A DNA stretch of 42,013 bases. It comes from a virus (taxonomy: Duplodnaviria > Caudoviricetes). The position numbers and the translations under genes are program-made. Below are positions 38,339 through 42,013 of this stretch, one piece after another (within the stretch, counting starts at the first letter, position 1; each line of letters starts with the position of its first letter). The stretch is from the IMG/VR virus record IMGVR_UViG_3300032320_000269, positions 1-42,013 of that record. One strand, given 5' to 3'. The notes beneath the pieces are model-generated. The model did no database searches, was not told the origin of the DNA, and saw only the letters and a program-made list of their open reading frames with translations.

Positions 38339-38342
38339 TTAT

Positions 38343-38906
38343 TTACCTCGTATAGTTAGTGTTTACGTGAATGTGTTGCGTCTTATCCACTCTATCATTA
38401 TATAATATTTCTTCTTTGGTGTCAAGCACCTCCTGAAGAATTCGTATAGTTTGCCGTATATCCTTATGAAGAATACCTATACCTCCTGCCGCATTGAAAT
38501 CATCGATAACGTCTTGCGTGTCATCAATCAAAATAACATCGGGTTTAGCATAGTCTTTTTTAAGGTGTCTACCAGGAACGATATTCGCAGTATAGAGAAT
38601 ATCATGCCTCTTCAACCATAACTTCTTTTGCTTCTTTACTTCTTCGTGATGAAAGAACCCACCAGATGATGAGAGTATCTCCACTGGTATATTTAGGGTG
38701 CGTATAAACTCAAGCAACTCAATACAACCAGCATATCTATCAAGACTTTCAAAGTTCTTACCTTCAACAAACCAGTTCCAGTTGTCATCGTGTTTTTCAC
38801 CACGTTCACGACTTGACTTGGGTTGTAGTTTGTATAGTTCCTTATACCTTTTAGCAAAGTCGGACAGAACACCATCCATATCAAGATACAGTTTCTGTAT
38901 TTTCAT
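38343..38906 (-). CDS. HAD-family 5'(3')-deoxyribonucleotidase-like protein
   Basis: Motif I LYLDMDGVLSDF, ILSS, QK..WL..H, K..YA....ILIDD, F..AGG.GILH. Confidence 0.85.
   Translation of the reverse strand: MKIQKLYLDMDGVLSDFAKRYKELYKLQPKSSRERGEKHDDNWNWFVEGKNFESLDRYAGCIELLEFIRTLNIPVEILSSSGGFFHHEEVKKQKKLWLKRHDILYTANIVPGRHLKKDYAKPDVILIDDTQDVIDDFNAAGGIGILHKDIRQTIRILQEVLDTKEEILYNDRVDKTQHIHVNTNYTR
38397..38425 (-). promoter_or_regulatory. Perfect sigma70 promoter TTGACA-N17-TATAAT for gp32, embedded in the 3' end of the nucleotidase gene
   Basis: Minus strand TTGACA (38425-38420), CCAAAGAAGAAATATTA, TATAAT (38402-38397). Confidence 0.88.
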
Positions 38907-39492
38907 GTAGTTCTTTCTTCAGTAATAGTTTGTATTTTGTCACTTCAAAAGGAATGAACGGTGTATACTTCTTCATCCTCAAACTGAGATTTGGATAATG
39001 AATTGTATCCACTACCTTTCTATCCCACATCGGCAAGAAGTTCAATATAGCATTGAGTATACATCCAGTTTCTAATGAAATGTCACCATACAATATCATA
39101 GACAATAATACTGGATATCCATTAGGTGGTACCATTAATAGCTCATCAGGGTTCTTATGGTTCATTATTGGTACAATATCATTGGTGAAGGTATAGGTCA
39201 ACGACTGTACTACCTTCTGTCTATCACGATATACTACATCTGCATCATTCGTCAGTAAATATCCAATCCATACATCAGAATCACGCAGAAGATTAGCAAT
39301 AATAAAATCTCTACCTTGTTCAGCATTTGAAAATCTCCGACTGAGTTTATAAAAGTGCCACTTATCCTTTCTATTCTCAAATGCCTCTACACTGGTTTTC
39401 GATTTACCATAATACTTAAAGTAATCGTATGATTCTTGTGTGAAGTGGAGTTTGAGTGAGGAGTATAAACAAAAAGCTTCATATCCTGTCAT
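38881..39492 (-). CDS. gp59: Helicase loader gp59
   Basis: MTGYEAFCLYSSLKLHFT..SYDYFKY.GK......FE.RKDK.HF.KLSR, W(I)G.L, QSL.Y.F..D, ISLET..IL..IL.F, KKY.PF. Synteny 33-59-32. Confidence 0.92.
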   Translation of the reverse strand: MTGYEAFCLYSSLKLHFTQESYDYFKYYGKSKTSVEAFENRKDKWHFYKLSRRFSNAEQGRDFIIANLLRDSDVWIGYLLTNDADVVYRDRQKVVQSLTYTFTNDIVPIMNHKNPDELLMVPPNGYPVLLSMILYGDISLETGCILNAILNFLPMWDRKVVDTIHYPNLSLRMKKYTPFIPFEVTKYKLLLKKELHENTETVS

Positions 39493-39713
39493 ATGGGTAA
39501 TCTATTACTCTTTCCTTTGATTAGGTTATACTTCTCTGCTTGTTCCTGCATCTTAGACTTGAGATTTGGGTTGACCAGTGTTGCGGCAACCTCGATCTCA
39601 AGTCCTGTTTGTTTGCAGTATTCACAGATAGCTTCCAAATATGTGTAGTCCGTATTGGCGATCATACCTTCAATCGCCAATGCGAACTTCATCATCTCGT
39701 CTTTAGTGGGCAT
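39489..39713 (-). CDS. gp33: Late transcription coactivator gp33
   Basis: MPTKDEMMKFALAIE.......TYLEAICEYC...GLEIEVAATLVN.NLKSK....A...NLIK...RLPI. The start is reassigned to ATG 39713 because of a TAATG overlap with the upstream gene. Confidence 0.88.
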   Translation of the reverse strand: MPTKDEMMKFALAIEGMIANTDYTYLEAICEYCKQTGLEIEVAATLVNPNLKSKMQEQAEKYNLIKGKSNRLPI

Positions 39714-40267
39714 TATTTGAGAATGCCTCCACCACCGTGTAATGATACCTTTGCTCCACCGATAGTACCTGGTGATGGAATTGTCCATCTTGAAAGGTCA
39801 GCAGATGTCAATGCTTGAATATCCATCGATGATAAAGTCCACGACTGAACTTGTTGTGACGTTATAGGTGCCATTGTTGGAAACTGGTTTGGTGTCAATG
39901 ATGCAAAGTCAGTCGTAGTCAAACGAGGCGATGATGGTGTAGTCAAATCACCGAATGGCCATCCATTGTTAGGGAAATTCTCCATCGAAAACTTGTCTGC
40001 CGCTTGGTGTTGTGTCATTGCATGAACTTCATCAGCATCATCATCCCAACTTTGTGTCCAATCATCTTCTTCATGATGCAGTTCACCAACTTGACCTTCA
40101 ACACTATGACCAGATGCAATCAAGAAGTTTCGAAACTCTTGAAAGATTATATCCAAATCATAGTCAGGTTCAGCACGAAATGATATACTGATATGCTTAC
40201 CATCACCATCACCAAAACTAAAATTATAGTTGCTACGTCCATCATCATATTGACCAAGTTTATTCAT
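39713..40267 (-). CDS. Hypothetical protein (acidic, Pro/Thr/Ser-rich C-terminal half)
   Basis: ORF track with an AGGAG SD. N-terminal ISF.AE...LD.IFQEFRNFLIASG..VEG motif. Confidence 0.7.
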   Translation of the reverse strand: MNKLGQYDDGRSNYNFSFGDGDGKHISISFRAEPDYDLDIIFQEFRNFLIASGHSVEGQVGELHHEEDDWTQSWDDDADEVHAMTQHQAADKFSMENFPNNGWPFGDLTTPSSPRLTTTDFASLTPNQFPTMAPITSQQVQSWTLSSMDIQALTSADLSRWTIPSPGTIGGAKVSLHGGGGILK

Positions 40268-40284
40268 AATATATCTCCTGTAAG

Positions 40285-40557
40285 TTATTTTTTAGAACTA
40301 GTTGCTGCATATGCTACACAAATGACATCATAATCACGTGCATACGAACACCGCACAGATAGTGGGTCAATACCTTTTGTAATAGCATTCTCAATGTTTG
40401 CTGCCATCAGTTTTCGGTCATTCAAATAATACATGCATGTCGATACTATGGCAGCTAATAGAACTACAGTCACTGAAAAGTTAGTCGCATAATGATACTG
40501 CGATTTAGGATTCTCTACTGCTGTTTTATTGTCTGTCTTTGCGGTAACCAAAATCAA
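40285..40557 (-). CDS. Hypothetical single-TM membrane protein
   Basis: TM segment FSVTVVLLAAIVSTCMYYL and C-terminal GIDPLSVRCSY....D.IC. TTG start with an AAGGAG SD. Confidence 0.7.
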   Translation of the reverse strand: MILVTAKTDNKTAVENPKSQYHYATNFSVTVVLLAAIVSTCMYYLNDRKLMAANIENAITKGIDPLSVRCSYARDYDVICVAYAATSSKK

Positions 40558-41108
40558 ATCTCCTTATGTTTTACTCGGTTATAAAAAATGTGTCTTCCTA
40601 CAACTGCCGTTGTTCTCATGTTACTCCAACCAGGATTAACGTAATCTGCATGATAAAACAAAGCACCTTTGGATGGGTCTTTCATTGTATCATGATGAAC
40701 ATAGAAATGCACTGCTCTATTCAATACATCATTATACAACGAATTCGACTCAGTTGTCAAGAGTTTTTTGGTTGACTTGTAATTTGCTTTCGCATCACAC
40801 CACCAGGAAAACTGGCAGACCTCGCCAAGTCTTTGTTTGACAACACCACAATAAGTGGCAGGATACTTACCACTCTTCATGCGATTGTAAGTAACGAATG
40901 CGACAGCAATCTGCCCCTCAGCGGGTTCTTGTGCTGCCTCAAAGTAAATGTTATGTGCCAAGCATTCAACTTGCTCCTTTGCTTCTGGACTCAATTGATG
41001 ATATGTCACTTTGAGTTTTGTAGGGATTTTAGCTTCTGCCATCCCTTGTGTAAAAAATAAAATAAATGCAGTGAAAAATACACTGAGTAGTATTGTTAAA
41101 ATACGCAT
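40554..41108 (-). CDS. SleB-like cell wall hydrolase (Hydrolase_2 lytic transglycosylase) with an N-terminal signal/TM segment
   Basis: CLAHNIYFEA..EP.EGQIAVA.V..NR......P...CGVV.Q....CQFSW.C, DPSKGALFYHADYVNP.W......VGRHIFY. Confidence 0.9.
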   Translation of the reverse strand: MRILTILLSVFFTAFILFFTQGMAEAKIPTKLKVTYHQLSPEAKEQVECLAHNIYFEAAQEPAEGQIAVAFVTYNRMKSGKYPATYCGVVKQRLGEVCQFSWWCDAKANYKSTKKLLTTESNSLYNDVLNRAVHFYVHHDTMKDPSKGALFYHADYVNPGWSNMRTTAVVGRHIFYNRVKHKEI

Positions 41109-41128
41109 TATTTCTCCTTGTTAGTTAG

Positions 41129-41148
41129 GAGAGCACCGAAGCGCTCTC
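41129..41148 (-). other. Intergenic C(UUCG)G tetraloop hairpin
   Basis: Minus strand GAGAGCGC-TTCG-GTGCTCTC with no U-tract, 20 nt upstream of the SleB start. Confidence 0.75.
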
Positions 41149-41155
41149 GTTCCCA

Positions 41156-41434
41156 TCAGGTAGATGATTTTGATTTTGGTTTATCTACGGATTGAATGTT
41201 CGATACAAAACCATTAAGCGTTTGTGCTTTGGCTATGATATCATTTTCTGTGGGATAAGGTGGCATCGGTGGGTGGTCTGGTATTACAACGCCGCCTTGT
41301 AGTTTAGCGACTTCGACCTTTATCTGCCAATCTTGGGATACTGCATCACGTTTGCCGAAATATTCTTCGACCAACATGTCTTTTGCCATCTTTAAAAGTT
41401 CGAGACGTATCTCGAAAGGTGTGAGATTACTCAT
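41156..41434 (-). CDS. Conserved hypothetical protein of T4-like phages
   Basis: MSNLTPFEIRLELLKMAKDML......W.......P.YPT..DII.KA..LN.FVS, with an AGGAG SD. Confidence 0.8.
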   Translation of the reverse strand: MSNLTPFEIRLELLKMAKDMLVEEYFGKRDAVSQDWQIKVEVAKLQGGVVIPDHPPMPPYPTENDIIAKAQTLNGFVSNIQSVDKPKSKSST

Positions 41435-41495
41435 GTGTTACTCCTGTGTGTGTTATACTGGCGAGTGTGTGTGTTGTGCCAGTATTCTTATTTAG
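41435..41495 (-). promoter_or_regulatory. Late promoter variant CTAAATA followed by a CA-repeat hairpin leader
   Basis: Minus strand CTAAATAAGA ATACTGGC ACAACACACACACTC GCCAGTAT AACACACAC AGGAG TAACAC ATG. Confidence 0.6.
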
Positions 41496-41746
41496 TCTTT
41501 TTTTCCTTCGCCTGTTATACAGTAACCGCCTTTGAACACATAAACATCGGAATCGACTCGTAATTGCTCATAAACTTCATTGTTAAAACACTTGTATGGG
41601 TCTTTATAATTCTGCGACCAATACATTGCACCGTAACCAATACCCCCAAGAATCATCAGAATAGGAATATACTTCAGGAACTTTACAATTCCTGGCATCA
41701 GTTCTAATAACTTCGGTAGTATTTCGAGCAGTGCTTTCAATCCCAC
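41492..41746 (-). CDS. Hypothetical membrane protein
   Basis: Amphipathic N-terminus, TM segment YIPILMILGGIGYGAMYW, and two Cys in the C-terminal part. Confidence 0.65.
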   Translation of the reverse strand: MGLKALLEILPKLLELMPGIVKFLKYIPILMILGGIGYGAMYWSQNYKDPYKCFNNEVYEQLRVDSDVYVFKGGYCITGEGKKD

Positions 41747-42012
41747 AACCCTCTGTAATATTTACCAAACAAACGGAATCCATTGTCCATTCGTTTGTAT
41801 ACTTTATTCATGCCTTCATAGTCACATTTATAGGTATGATTAGGTCCATGTTCCATGCTGTAGAGTTTGGGTCTGCCATCTTCATACCATTCACATGGTA
41901 CATGTATCAAATCATGTTCACCCGAACTGTATGCATTTTCCCACGAATCATCAACGAAGTGTTCGAATGCAAAAATCATTTCATCCAGAACCCATTCCCA
42001 CTGATTTTGGGC
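41737..42012 (-). CDS. Conserved phage hypothetical protein, 5'-partial (continues beyond the window end)
   Basis: The frame stays open upstream of the listed ATG (AQNQWEWVLDEMIFAFE). The C-terminal RMDNGFRLFGKYYRGLWD is a recurrent phage motif. Confidence 0.8.
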   Translation of the reverse strand, partial: AQNQWEWVLDEMIFAFEHFVDDSWENAYSSGEHDLIHVPCEWYEDGRPKLYSMEHGPNHTYKCDYEGMNKVYKRMDNGFRLFGKYYRGLWD

Positions 42013-42013
42013 A

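Noticed and set aside
39714-39788. 25-aa N-terminal extension of gp33 in the ORF track
   Set aside because: It overlaps the upstream gene. The ATG at 39713 gives TAATG coupling and a typical gp33 length.
1-42013. Stop-codon reassignment, introns or inteins
   Set aside because: Core genes appear full length in code 11, and TAA, TAG and TGA all serve as true stops. I noticed no intein or intron-like interruptions.
1-42013. tRNA, rRNA or other standalone RNA genes
   Set aside because: The intergenic gaps are all under about 85 nt and are explained by promoters, terminators and leaders. I saw no cloverleaf motifs by eye.

Overview
This is a 42 kb segment of a T4-like myovirus genome read in the standard genetic code. 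Gene order and protein families resemble aquatic T4-like phages, but the host cannot be determined from this window. The minus strand from 32747 to <1 carries a late tail/baseplate cluster: gp48, gp53, a gp27-like hub, a gp5 spike split into two genes, a hypothetical gene, gp25, gp6, gp7-like, gp8 and a 2051-aa VrlC/DUF4815-like protein. After these come several small fibre-associated proteins, a glycine-rich adhesin with putative chaperones, and two very large fibre proteins built from 'ANAAFxx' heptad repeats, the second running off the window. The plus strand from 32792 to 37406 carries gp4, gp2, a gp54-like gene, gp26, an unlisted gp51-like reading frame and a gp29-like tape-measure protein with a lysozyme-like domain. 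The minus strand from >42013 to 37460 carries hypotheticals, a SleB-type cell wall hydrolase, gp33, gp59, a HAD nucleotidase and gp32. The strongest finding is at the gp26/gp51 junction. The gp51-like frame lacks a good start codon and can be reached from gp26 by a -1 slip at T-TTT-TTC, with an SD-like GGAGG 10 nt upstream, directly before the tape-measure gene. This matches the lambda G/G-T tail-chaperone frameshift architecture, here in a T4-like phage. All product calls come from motif and synteny recognition by eye; no database searches were run.
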